The notes under the pieces were generated by a model. That model was not told the DNA's origin and searched no databases. It worked only from the letters and a program-made list of their open reading frames with translations. Below, piece by piece: positions 27,920-37,026 of a stretch of 64,000 nucleotides of DNA. The position numbers and the translations under genes are program-made. This DNA is from Sedimentisphaerales bacterium (lineage in GTDB: Bacteria > Planctomycetota > Phycisphaerae > Sedimentisphaerales > Anaerobacaceae). The first letter of the stretch is position 1. Each line of letters begins with the position of its first letter. The stretch covers positions 160,001 through 224,000 of the forward strand of contig JAXGYC010000009.1 in assembly GCA_040772485.1 (NCBI GenBank), given 5' to 3'.

Positions 27920-28497
27920 CGGACTTGCAGCTCCCGTTCGGCATGAAGCAGGGCCGCCGCCTCCCCCAGCACGAGCTGCTTGATCAGGCTCAGCGGGACC
28001 ATCGTCATCTCCATGCGGAAGACCTTTTCCTCCACACCGGAGGCTACCGCACGGGCCGTCCGGCGCGGCATCCCGAAACGCTCGGTCAGGTCCTGAACGA
28101 TCCGCCCCTTGTCCCAGGCGGCTCGCTCGGGCGCCCGGCCCGCCCCAAACAGTTGCTCGGCGTCGGTGAACTCGTGGATGTCCACCGCGAGGACCTCCGT
28201 CCGCAGCCGCCGCAACCGCCGTTCGAACGTGTGCTTGGTCAGCGCCAGGGCCGCTTCCTCATTTCCCGTGGCCGTCAGCACCGCCTTGATCATCGCGAAG
28301 ATCTCGCCGGATGAGGCGACGGCGCGATCGTGTTTGTTGTACAGATAGAAGGTGACGACTTCCGTCAGGTCTTCGGCCATGACCATGTCACCCTGGCCGC
28401 AGGCGGTCATGGCATTGTTGATGGTCCCGAGGACCTTGGTGTGCAGATAGGCCTCCGTGCTGCCGTCGGATTTCCTGACGCGTAACTGCCTGTTCAT
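27916..28497 (-). CDS. stand-alone tandem ATP-cone domain protein
   Basis: VRKSDGSTEAY..KV..I..A and a second cone-like WDKGRIVQDL..ARAVASGVEEKV..LIKQLV. Confidence 0.75.
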   Translation of the reverse strand: MNRQLRVRKSDGSTEAYLHTKVLGTINNAMTACGQGDMVMAEDLTEVVTFYLYNKHDRAVASSGEIFAMIKAVLTATGNEEAALALTKHTFERRLRRLRTEVLAVDIHEFTDAEQLFGAGRAPERAAWDKGRIVQDLTERFGMPRRTARAVASGVEEKVFRMEMTMVPLSLIKQLVLGEAAALLHAERELQVR

Positions 28498-28592
28498 CTG
28501 TCAGTGGTTGCCTCCATGCAAACCTGCACCGTCAGTCGGAACGAGCCGGCGTATCCATCGTCGCGCGAGGCGCCGACGGAACGCGGTGACTT

Positions 28593-29084
28593 CTATTGAT
28601 CGAAGAGCTTTAATTGCTCGGTCGTATCCGTGTCCTGAATGGCCCTGGTCACTTCGTCGAGCAGTTCGCCGGCGTCGCGGAAATCCCGGTAGACGCTGGC
28701 GAAGCGGATGTAAGCCACTTTGTCGATCGAGCGAAGGTGCTTCATCACGCAGTCGCCGATGAAAGCGCTGGTCACTTCCTTGTCGAACCGTCGGAAGATG
28801 TCCTCCTCGGTTTTGTCGGCGACCAGTTGAATCTGCTCGGCCGAAACGGGCCTTTTGTAGCAGGCCTTCTGCACGCCCACGATGATCTTGTCGCGGTCGT
28901 ACGGGACGCGGGACTTGTCCTTTTTCACCACGTGCAGTTTGAAACTCTCACTGGTTTTCTCGTAGGTGGTGAAGCGCCTTTTGCAGATCAGGCATTGGCG
29001 TCTGCGGCGGATGACGCGGCCCGAGTCGCTGGAGCGAGAATCGACGACTTTGTCACTGTCTTCCTTGCAGAAAGGGCATCTCAC
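28593..29084 (-). CDS. nrdR: transcriptional repressor NrdR
   Basis: RCPFC..KVVDSR..IRRRRQC..C.RRFTTYE; ATP cone; DKVAYIRFASVYRDF; GTG start with GGGAGG RBS. Confidence 0.97.
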   Translation of the reverse strand: MRCPFCKEDSDKVVDSRSSDSGRVIRRRRQCLICKRRFTTYEKTSESFKLHVVKKDKSRVPYDRDKIIVGVQKACYKRPVSAEQIQLVADKTEEDIFRRFDKEVTSAFIGDCVMKHLRSIDKVAYIRFASVYRDFRDAGELLDEVTRAIQDTDTTEQLKLFDQ

Positions 29085-29163
29085 GACCCAACAACCTCCC
29101 GCTCTGACGGCTCCCAGACCCAATTGCTCGACCAACCACGTGTCTTCGTCGGGACAACAAGCG

Positions 29164-29215
29164 ACCCCATATTTAGTTGTCCGGCCTATTGTACTCTCAA
29201 GATGTGGGGCGTCAA
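29164..29215 (-). promoter_or_regulatory. nrdR promoter (TTGACG-N16-TACAAT) with two NrdR-box-like sites 31 bp apart
   Basis: cores CCATATTTAG (29167) and CAAGATGTGG (29198) on the plus strand. Confidence 0.7.
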
Positions 29216-29285
29216 TGGAAATGTGCGGTGTGGAGGTCGAACTTTTTTCGGATTGGCTGGCGCGGCGGCTGCGGCGTGCGGGAAG

Positions 29286-29317
29286 AAAAAAAGCCTCTGC
29301 GTCAGGGACGCAGAGGC
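29286..29317 (-). terminator. intrinsic terminator
   Basis: perfect 11-bp stem GCCTCTGCGTC/GACGCAGAGGC followed by 7 T on the minus strand. Confidence 0.85.
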
Positions 29318-29486
29318 CCACTCGGAAAGAAACTCACATTGCCCCCCCAATAGACTGTCGTACGTGACGCCGCGAGAATTCCGAGTACAGTACACAGGTC
29401 GAGCCTGGGGTCCTTGTCCTGTCGGATTTTGCCGGTGTCGCCTCGCCGCCGATTGGAGCGTTCCGGGCGGCACTCTTGTCCGGCTA
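29286..29486 (-). ncRNA. candidate structured small RNA (~195-200 nt)
   Basis: promoter TTGCCT-N16-TAGACT at 29492-29519, internal stems, ends at a strong terminator, no convincing ORF. Confidence 0.45.
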
Positions 29487-29615
29487 TTGAAAGTCTAATA
29501 CATAAACCGCTGAAGGCAAATTCGCCGAGCAATTTACGCGAGGCGCCTGGAGAGTCTGCGAAGAACTTCCCTGGCGCCGCCATGTGTGGTCTGTGCGGCG
29601 GAATCGCCGAGGGGA

Positions 29616-30473
29616 TCACGCCTGTTCGATGGTGGCTTTGGCCCGCAGTGCGTCGAGGTAGTCACCGAGCGCCTGCTCGCGAAGCTGCTCCTGGACTTCG
29701 GCGGTCACCTGCTTCTTGACGTCCTTGAGCGCGGGAATGCTGGGCGGCCGCCGGTCGTAGACCTTGGCGATGTGGAACCCGAAGCGCGTGCGAAACACGT
29801 CGCTGACCTGTCCCGGACTGAGGTTGAACACGACGTCTTCGAATTCCTCGACCATCTGCCCGCGCAGGACGAAGCCGAGGTCTCCGCCGCTGTCGGCGCA
29901 GTCGGTGTATTTGCCTGCAACCGTTTCGAATGGAGCGCCGCTCCTGATCTGCTCGTGGGCCTGCCGCATCGTTTGCATGGCGGAGTCCTCGTCCGTCTGC
30001 CAGTTGACGTACTTGACGATGTGCGCGACGTGAATCTGCTCGTCCGAGCGGAATTTGTCCTTGTTCTCTTCGTAATACTCGCGAATCTGGTCTTCGGAGG
30101 GCTTGGGCGCCTTGGCGTAGACCTCGCCGATCTTGCGCTCCGTCTTCATCTGAAGCTCGATCGTGCGGCGCACCTTCTCATCGCTGTCGACATCGAGCGA
30201 TTTGTGGAGCGCCTCGTCGCTGTCGTACTGCTGTCGCAGTTGTTTGAACGCCTCTTCGATCTGTTCCGGCGGGATGGCGGCGCCTGCGTTCTTCGCTTCC
30301 TGGCGAAGCAGGACACGCTCGATCACGTTGTCGCGGGACCACTCCTGCAACTGGGCCTCGCGTTCGGCCGGGTCCTTCTCGGCGAAGACCTCCTCGTATC
30401 GCGGCCGCAGACGCTCGGCCTCCTGCTGAATCTCACTGTCCTCGATCCTCTCGCCGTTTATGACAAGGGCCAT
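29616..30473 (-). CDS. parvulin-type peptidyl-prolyl isomerase (PrsA/SurA-like, no obvious signal peptide)
   Basis: HVAHIV, GGDLGF.RGQMVEEFE, TRFGFHI; AAGGAG RBS. Confidence 0.9.
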   Translation of the reverse strand: MALVINGERIEDSEIQQEAERLRPRYEEVFAEKDPAEREAQLQEWSRDNVIERVLLRQEAKNAGAAIPPEQIEEAFKQLRQQYDSDEALHKSLDVDSDEKVRRTIELQMKTERKIGEVYAKAPKPSEDQIREYYEENKDKFRSDEQIHVAHIVKYVNWQTDEDSAMQTMRQAHEQIRSGAPFETVAGKYTDCADSGGDLGFVLRGQMVEEFEDVVFNLSPGQVSDVFRTRFGFHIAKVYDRRPPSIPALKDVKKQVTAEVQEQLREQALGDYLDALRAKATIEQA

Positions 30474-30502
30474 GCGATGCTCCTTCTTGTGCGAGTGCGA
30501 AC

Positions 30503-31390
30503 TTACCCTCGGGCTTTGGCGAACCAGTCGGGGTCCTGCGCCAGCTTCTCGCGCGCTTCGAGTGTCATCATTTCGAACGCCGGGTGCGCGCTGTTCCAGG
30601 CCCGCTCGGAGAAGGGGCTTCTTCGCATCTTCTCGACTTCGACCGACGCCTCTTTGAAGTAGCTGCCGTAGATGTGCAGCGAGTCGCTGATGTCGACGTA
30701 GCGTCCGACGCGGACCGGCTCGCCCCGCCGGGCGGCGATGGCCTCGGCGATGAGCTGCTGGAGGTTCGTCAGCGCGTAGGCGTTCATAAACCACGCCTTG
30801 TACAGATCGCGGCTTCGCCAGTGCGTGTTCATATTCAGCGTCCATTGCCCGTCGTCGTCGGCCAGCAGCCGGCACCAGATCCGCTGAAGACAGGGCGGAT
30901 CGTCGGTTTGCGGGTCGGCGGTGGGCATCCAGGTGGTCGCCTGGGCCCTTCGGCTGTGTCCGGCCCGCGACAGACAGTCGATGATGTACTGAATCTGATC
31001 GACCGCGACGAATGGCTTGGCGGCGTCCGCATCGCGCAGGTCCGCCACCGGTCTGTAGGAGAACAGCCTCTCGTGGTACGTGTAGGTCCACTTGCCGGCG
31101 GCCGGATCGATCCAGTGATCGTGAATGCCCGCGACGACCTCCTGCCGGTAGGCCTCCAGCTCCTCAGGCCCGCCGGGGAAGTTCTTGTGAATCCGCGGCT
31201 CGTTGAACGGATCAGCCACCGCGATCATCACCGTCGCGTCCTTGCTGGGCGGATCGTCGGGCTTGTCGTACTGCGTCTTGACCTCGTAGCCCTGGTCCCA
31301 TACGGCCAGGACCGCCTTCTCCCACGCCTCGGGCAGACACTCGGCGCTGACCGAAAGGACGGGGATCGTCTGCGTCTGGGATGTCGTCAT
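30503..31390 (-). CDS. thyA: thymidylate synthase, archaeal-type ThyA family
   Basis: YTYHERL, SRRAQA, DPPCLQ, WRSRD..AWFMN, SLHIY. Confidence 0.8.
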   Translation of the reverse strand: MTTSQTQTIPVLSVSAECLPEAWEKAVLAVWDQGYEVKTQYDKPDDPPSKDATVMIAVADPFNEPRIHKNFPGGPEELEAYRQEVVAGIHDHWIDPAAGKWTYTYHERLFSYRPVADLRDADAAKPFVAVDQIQYIIDCLSRAGHSRRAQATTWMPTADPQTDDPPCLQRIWCRLLADDDGQWTLNMNTHWRSRDLYKAWFMNAYALTNLQQLIAEAIAARRGEPVRVGRYVDISDSLHIYGSYFKEASVEVEKMRRSPFSERAWNSAHPAFEMMTLEAREKLAQDPDWFAKARG

Positions 31391-32019
31391 CGTTGTACCG
31401 GTTCCACCGTGCGAGGCTCGGTTCCCTGCCTCGGTTTCATGAATCTGCTGATGTCCAGTTCCTGCTCGGTGATCTTGTAGTTGGCGGCGTAGCGTTCGTA
31501 GATTTCTTCGAGCAACTGCTTGGCGCGAAAGGCGTACCAACTGTCGGGCCAGCGTTCCTCGATCTGCCGACAGGCCTTGACCATCAGGCCGTATTGCATC
31601 ACCGGCAGACGCCCGATGCTCCGTCCGGCCGTTGCGTAGGGCAGGATCTGCTGGGCCTCGATGTCGTCGATCTCGCTGAGCGGCTTGAAGTAGAGCGTCG
31701 TCGGCTGCGTGATGCTGCTGGGCAGGATGTAGGGGCTGGCGGCCGGGGCGGGTTGCGCCGCAGGCTCCTGGGCCGGCGCTTCCTGGGCCGCCGGCTGCTC
31801 GGCGGGTTGCGGTTCGGCCGCCGCCGGCTCTTCGACGGGCTTGGGCTCCTCCTGGAACTGCTTGTCCCGGTCGGCCATGTCGTAGAAGTTACGTTGCGGG
31901 GCCGGCTCCTCGGGCCCAGCCTGCGGCGCCGGTTTGTCCGACATGAAGCGGCTGGCGACGATCAGGACCACCACCACGACGACCGCGGCGCCGGCAATCT
32001 TCATCCAAATCGTGTTCAT
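31387..32019 (-). CDS. membrane-anchored hypothetical protein with Pro/Ala/Gln linker
   Basis: N-terminal TM, low-complexity linker, ATGA overlap with thyA. Confidence 0.75.
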   Translation of the reverse strand: MNTIWMKIAGAAVVVVVVLIVASRFMSDKPAPQAGPEEPAPQRNFYDMADRDKQFQEEPKPVEEPAAAEPQPAEQPAAQEAPAQEPAAQPAPAASPYILPSSITQPTTLYFKPLSEIDDIEAQQILPYATAGRSIGRLPVMQYGLMVKACRQIEERWPDSWYAFRAKQLLEEIYERYAANYKITEQELDISRFMKPRQGTEPRTVEPVQR

Positions 32020-32160
32020 GCGATGCGCTCCTTCCAAAGCGATGCAAGAAATGTTGCACTCGCTTTTCGCGCCCATCCTACCTCAAGGCGGCGCTCGCTG
32101 CAAACCCGAATTCATGCCGGGGCACCAGCGGCGCGGAAGGACCCGCCCGATATCGATCGT

Positions 32161-33273
32161 CTAACGCAGGGCCTCCTTCACGGACCGGGTATCGACCACC
32201 AGGTGCGAGATCAGCCTTTGCTCGGAGGCCAGAATCGCCGACAGCACGCGGGACTTGGTTCGCCGACACATGGCACAAGGACCCAGCACCAGGAGGACGT
32301 GTTTGCCCTTCTCCATGAACGGCGGCAGCTCTCCCAGCTCGATCAGGGTCATGGACCGAATCTTCGTCTGCACGTTGAGGGGTCCGTGCGGGCCGACGGG
32401 GAGCCACAGCATGTCGCCGATGCAGCCCCCCTTGACGAGCATTTCCGCGCAGCCGGCCGATCTCTCCATGTACTGGTGGAAGTTGCTGTGCTCGTCGGTC
32501 CAGTCCGCCGCCGACGTGACGATGATGTCCAGATCCCCGGCACGATCATAGGATTCCTTGATGCCCTCAGAATTCCGGAGCGTGTCGTATTCGTCGGCCC
32601 GGACCACCGGCGGCGTGCGAAGACCCACGTACTCATACCTGGTGTTCACGCTGGTTCGGTTGTTGAAGAGGGTGAAGAAGGTGTTCGGATCGGTGGTGGG
32701 ATCCCGCACGTCGAAGCCGGCCACCAGCGCATGGAGAACCAGGGTCTCCGGCAGATCCTCATCCGACTCATCGAGAAGTTGCGCGAAGATTTGCGCCAAT
32801 CGGTGCATGGCGTGACCTCCGGCGAAGCCGACGTGCACTTCCTGCCGGGAGCTTCGACCGATGTCCTGCACCAGACGGATCAGCGTCTGCGCGCCCTGGT
32901 AGGCCACGTCCTCGAAGTCGTTCGTGTGCACGACCTCAACGGCCGCGAGCCATGGATAGCGCCGGCGCAGCTTGTCGGACAGGACGAAGCTGGCTCGAGG
33001 GGCGAACCGGAACCGGCCCGCTTCCGCCGCCTCGCGGAGCATTCGGTGGACCGACTGACGAGTAAATTTGTTGGAGGCGTAGTCCTTCTGAATGCGCTCT
33101 GCGATGGCGCTGGGCTTCTCGCCTGCGCAGAACAGGCGGCACACGAGGGCTATCTTCTCCTCACGGTCGAGTTCGTTCCAGGGCATTTTCGCACTGGGAG
33201 CGGAAGATCTGTGGTGGGTGGGGCGTGCATTCGGTCGCGTTGGCGGCCTGCGGCGGGCGGTCTTCGGAGCCAT
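32161..33273 (-). CDS. SorC/DeoR/LsrR-family sugar-binding transcriptional regulator
   Basis: HTH IAERI..TRQSVHRMLREA; VGFAGGH; CIGDML; SHLVVD; start uncertain. Confidence 0.8.
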   Translation of the reverse strand: MAPKTARRRPPTRPNARPTHHRSSAPSAKMPWNELDREEKIALVCRLFCAGEKPSAIAERIQKDYASNKFTRQSVHRMLREAAEAGRFRFAPRASFVLSDKLRRRYPWLAAVEVVHTNDFEDVAYQGAQTLIRLVQDIGRSSRQEVHVGFAGGHAMHRLAQIFAQLLDESDEDLPETLVLHALVAGFDVRDPTTDPNTFFTLFNNRTSVNTRYEYVGLRTPPVVRADEYDTLRNSEGIKESYDRAGDLDIIVTSAADWTDEHSNFHQYMERSAGCAEMLVKGGCIGDMLWLPVGPHGPLNVQTKIRSMTLIELGELPPFMEKGKHVLLVLGPCAMCRRTKSRVLSAILASEQRLISHLVVDTRSVKEALR

Positions 33274-33550
33274 GGGCTCAGTCCTCCAAATATCCGCATG
33301 GAAGCACAAACGGGTGGGACAAGCAATGGCCAAGGAGCCGGCAAAACGAGGCGCGCGAGGAAAAGCCGGATACAGTTGGGCTGGAACGCGGGAGAATTGT
33401 AGCGTGCACCAAGTGCGACAATTCCGGGGATGTCTCGCCAAACTGTTGCCGGAATCTATCGCATGTCACTCCGATTGCCGTTGCTTGTCCCGATCGGACA
33501 TACGAGGCTGGTGACGGTGAAGTTGTCGGATTGTCGATGCCCTTGGAGAG

Positions 33551-33910
33551 ATGAACATGCTGAGGTCCCAGACGATGGCAGATACGGCAAGAACGGCCTC
33601 GTTCCAATCCTGCTATGACGAAGCGAGGAGGTTGATCCTGGAAGACAAAGACGTGGACGGGGCGATCTGCTGCCTGTGCGCGGCGCCACGGCCTCAATCC
33701 CAGCCGGACTGCTGGCGCTGGACCGATTTGTTGGCCGCGGCTCTGTTCGCGCAAGGGCAGTACTGGCATTGCCTGGGGGTGCTGTGTGCTTACGACCGCC
33801 GGTATCCGGAAGATCGTCATGCCCGTTTCGCGATTCGGATCGTCATCATGGAGCTCTTGTCCGCCCTGCGCGACGGGGAAGAGGCACGCGGATCGAGAAG
33901 GACCCCGTGA
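33551..33910 (+). CDS. hypothetical Cys-rich helical (TPR-like) protein
   Basis: GGAGAG RBS; LAAALFAQGQY...YP resembles a TPR helix pair. Confidence 0.4.
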   Translation: MNMLRSQTMADTARTASFQSCYDEARRLILEDKDVDGAICCLCAAPRPQSQPDCWRWTDLLAAALFAQGQYWHCLGVLCAYDRRYPEDRHARFAIRIVIMELLSALRDGEEARGSRRTP

Positions 33911-33921
33911 GCAACAATTGT

Positions 33922-33951
33922 TTGACAGGGATGGGGCGCCAGGCATAGCAT
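33922..33951 (+). promoter_or_regulatory. sigma70 promoter TTGACA-N18-TAGCAT upstream of ribE
   Basis: consensus -35 with a plausible -10. Confidence 0.5.
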
Positions 33952-34006
33952 GGGGTCTGTGACGCTCATGGAGGAGTGGGACCGGTCCCCTGGGGAATGA
34001 CTTGGT

Positions 34007-34654
34007 ATGTTCACCGGACTTATCGAATCCGTTTGTCAGGTCCGATCGCTGTCAGCCGGCCGGCCGTCCGAAGGCGGCGCGCTGGCGGTCGATCTGGGCG
34101 CGCTGGCGGAAGGCTGCCGCACCGGCGACAGCGTCGCCATCAACGGCGCCTGCCTGACGGTCACGCGCCTCGAAGGGGCCGTGGCGACGTTCGCGCTGAG
34201 CCCGGAAACGCTGGCAAAATCGACGCTGGCAACACTGAAACCGTCGTCGAAGGTCAACGTCGAGCGGGCGATGGCAGCGACCGACCGGTTCGGGGGCCAC
34301 ATCGTTCAGGGCCACGTCGATGGGATCGGAACGGTCCGCGCGATCAAGAAGCTCGGCGAGTTTGCCGATATCGAGTTCGGTGCGCCCGCGGAACTGCTCG
34401 AGCAGATGGTTCCGAAGGGCTCGGTGGCCATCGACGGCGTGAGCCTGACGATCGCCGGATTGGGTGATGCGAGCTTTCGCGTTGCGGCGATCCCTGAAAC
34501 GCTGAACAGAACGACTCTGGGTTCGGTCCGTATAGGGGACAAGGTCAACGTCGAGGTCGACATCCTCGTCAAGATCGTCCGGCGGCAGTTGGAAAACCTC
34601 CTGCCGAAGGACGAGCCCTTGACGGTCGAGCGGCTGCGGCAGATGGGTTACTGA
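34007..34654 (+). CDS. ribE: riboflavin synthase (alpha chain)
   Basis: MFTGLIE, GDSVAINGACLTV, GGHIVQGHVDG, KGSVAIDGVSLT. Confidence 0.97.
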   Translation: MFTGLIESVCQVRSLSAGRPSEGGALAVDLGALAEGCRTGDSVAINGACLTVTRLEGAVATFALSPETLAKSTLATLKPSSKVNVERAMAATDRFGGHIVQGHVDGIGTVRAIKKLGEFADIEFGAPAELLEQMVPKGSVAIDGVSLTIAGLGDASFRVAAIPETLNRTTLGSVRIGDKVNVEVDILVKIVRRQLENLLPKDEPLTVERLRQMGY

Positions 34655-34704
34655 GGCACGCGAGAGAACGCGGATATCAGTACTGGCCGCAGGGTTTTCG
34701 GTGC

Positions 34705-35790
34705 ATGGACATGAACAACAAGGCCAACCAAAATTCGATCTCGGAGCAGATGGTCATCGGCGTGACTATGGGCGACGCTGCAGGCATCGGGCCCGAGGTG
34801 GTGGTCAAGGCCCTGGCCGATCCCGAGGTCCGTCGGGCGGCCAAGTTCATCGTCTTCGGCATGAACGAGCAGCTCTGCTATGCGGCCGACCGCGCCGAGA
34901 TCGAGCCGTTCTGGGGCCGGCACCAGCACGAGAAGATCGGCCGCGACTATCCGTTCAAGGTCGTCGTCGCCGATTATGACGAGTACAGCGTGCCCCCCTG
35001 GCTCAAAGCGCCCAGCCAGGTCGCCGGCGAGGCGTCGATTCGGTTCTGCCTCGACGCGATCGAGGCCGAGAAGATGGGCGTGATCGACGGGATTGTCACC
35101 GCGCCGATCAGCAAGGAGAGCTGGAAGATGGCGGGCGCCGCCTGGCCCGGCCATACGGAGATGTTCGCCCAGAAGTACAAGGCCTTCCGCAAGGCGATGA
35201 TGTTCGTCAGCGGGCCGCTGAAGGTCGCGCTGGCGACGATCCACGAGGCGCTGTTCGAGGTGCGTCACAAATTCAAGATCGGTTGCGTGTTCGAGCCGAT
35301 CGATCTGCTCAACGACGCCCTGAAGGAGTACTTCTCCATCGAGAACCCGCGCATCGGTGTGGCGGCGCTGAACCCTCACGCCAGCGAGAACGGCCAGTTC
35401 GGCGACGAAGAGCAGCGGATCATCGCGCCGGCGATCCTGCTGGCGCAGGAGCAGGGGATCAACTGCACCGGCCCGATCCCGGCCGACTCGCTGTTCCTGC
35501 GAGCGGTTCAAGGCGAGTTCGACGCGGTGGTGGCGATGTACCACGATCAGGCGATGATCCCGATCAAGCTGCTCGACCGCGACCATGCGGTCAACGTCAC
35601 GATCGGGATTCCGGCGGTGCGGACTTCCCCGGCGCACGGGACGGCGTTTGACATCGCCGGACGCAACATGGCGAACGCTTCGAGCATGAAGTCGGCGATC
35701 CTGACGGCGGTTCGCATGGCGCAGGTCCGGCGGGCCTGCCCGGCGGGCGCGGCCGCGAACGGTCGGGCCTCGGGGTCGCCGCCGCAATAG
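34705..35790 (+). CDS. pdxA: 4-hydroxythreonine-4-phosphate dehydrogenase
   Basis: TMGDAAGIGPE, PGHTE, LNPHA, AMYHDQ, RTSPAHGTAFDIAG. Confidence 0.96.
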   Translation: MDMNNKANQNSISEQMVIGVTMGDAAGIGPEVVVKALADPEVRRAAKFIVFGMNEQLCYAADRAEIEPFWGRHQHEKIGRDYPFKVVVADYDEYSVPPWLKAPSQVAGEASIRFCLDAIEAEKMGVIDGIVTAPISKESWKMAGAAWPGHTEMFAQKYKAFRKAMMFVSGPLKVALATIHEALFEVRHKFKIGCVFEPIDLLNDALKEYFSIENPRIGVAALNPHASENGQFGDEEQRIIAPAILLAQEQGINCTGPIPADSLFLRAVQGEFDAVVAMYHDQAMIPIKLLDRDHAVNVTIGIPAVRTSPAHGTAFDIAGRNMANASSMKSAILTAVRMAQVRRACPAGAAANGRASGSPPQ

Positions 35791-35826
35791 CAGACCCCGT
35801 CGCTCCGGCGGAACCTGTCCGAGACC

Positions 35827-36753
35827 ATGCAGACGAAACGTCAGATCCAGCAACTGCTCACTTCCGCGGGCGTGGTCCCCAATCGCAAGTTCGGTCAGCA
35901 CTTTCTCGTCGATCTGAACCTCTTGAAGCTGGTCGTCGATTCGGCGCAGATCGGATCGGACGACGTCGTTCTCGAAGTCGGCTGCGGGACCGGCTCCATG
36001 ACCGAGGCGCTGGCCGAGCGGGCCGGACGCGTGGTGGCGGTGGAACTGGACCCGACACTGGCAACGATCACCCGGTCGCAGTTGGCCCAGACCTCGAACG
36101 TCGTCCTCGTCGAAGGCGACGCTCTATCGAGCAAGGGCAGCTTCAATCCGGCGGTCATCGCGGCGATCGAAGAGTGGCGTCCGATAAGACACGATGTATC
36201 TATGTCGAAAAAGCCGTCGCGACTGCTTCTGGTCTCGAACCTTCCTTACGATGTGGCCTCGGCGGTCATCGCCAATCTGGTCAACGGACCGCTCGTGGCC
36301 GATGCGATGGTCGTGACGGTGCAGAAGGAAGTGGCCCAGCGCATGGCGGCCGCGCCGGGGAGCAGGGACTACGGGTCGCTGAGCATCCTGCTCGGGGCTA
36401 CCGGCGACGTGGAGATTCTCCGCATCCTCAAGCCGGGCGTCTTCTGGCCGCCGCCGCAGGTGGACTCGGCCATCGTCCGGTTTGCCCGCAACGACCAGAA
36501 GCGAAACGCGATCGAGGACATCGCGCTTCTGTGCGAGGTGATGGGGCTGTTCATCGGCCACCGGCGCAAGATGCTTCGGGCCTGCGCCAAGCACGCCCCG
36601 GCCCACTTGGGCGGACGCAATCTCTGGACGGAGTTGTTCGAGCAGTGCGGCGTCGAACCGACGAGTCGACCCGAGGAGCTGTCGCCGGACCAGTACATCA
36701 AGCTGGCGAACCTGTGCCGGCGTCGCTTGGCAAACCGCCGAGCGCCAATCTGA
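35827..36753 (+). CDS. rsmA: 16S rRNA m6,2A dimethyltransferase KsgA
   Basis: FGQHFL, EVGCGTG, NLPY, QKEVAQR, FWPPPQVDS. Confidence 0.96.
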   Translation: MQTKRQIQQLLTSAGVVPNRKFGQHFLVDLNLLKLVVDSAQIGSDDVVLEVGCGTGSMTEALAERAGRVVAVELDPTLATITRSQLAQTSNVVLVEGDALSSKGSFNPAVIAAIEEWRPIRHDVSMSKKPSRLLLVSNLPYDVASAVIANLVNGPLVADAMVVTVQKEVAQRMAAAPGSRDYGSLSILLGATGDVEILRILKPGVFWPPPQVDSAIVRFARNDQKRNAIEDIALLCEVMGLFIGHRRKMLRACAKHAPAHLGGRNLWTELFEQCGVEPTSRPEELSPDQYIKLANLCRRRLANRRAPI

Positions 36754-37026
36754 GACAACCTTGATTTCGACGCAACATCGCCTCTATATTCGGACGTTGT
36801 GGCGGCTGGAGAACATGTAACCTTCGGCAGGATAGGAAATTAGGGGCATCATCAGGTTTTGGTTTGCAGGCCAGACCCGGTTTGGGTATAATGACAGCGG
36901 TGTGTGTGGAACGGTTGTCTCTGTGCAAAATGGCCCGAAATAGGTGGAACAGATCGCCGATTCGGTGCATCTTTGCCGTGGGTAAGGGGTGTTCCGTAAA
37001 TCTGTGCAGGTTGAGGAGTTTTCGTT

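Noticed and set aside
31740..31830. Repetitive GC-rich tract as a possible CRISPR or VNTR
   Set aside because: It encodes a Pro/Ala/Gln/Glu linker; no constant repeat-spacer pattern and no cas genes
33911..34006. FMN riboswitch before ribE
   Set aside because: Leader is too short and lacks RFN motifs
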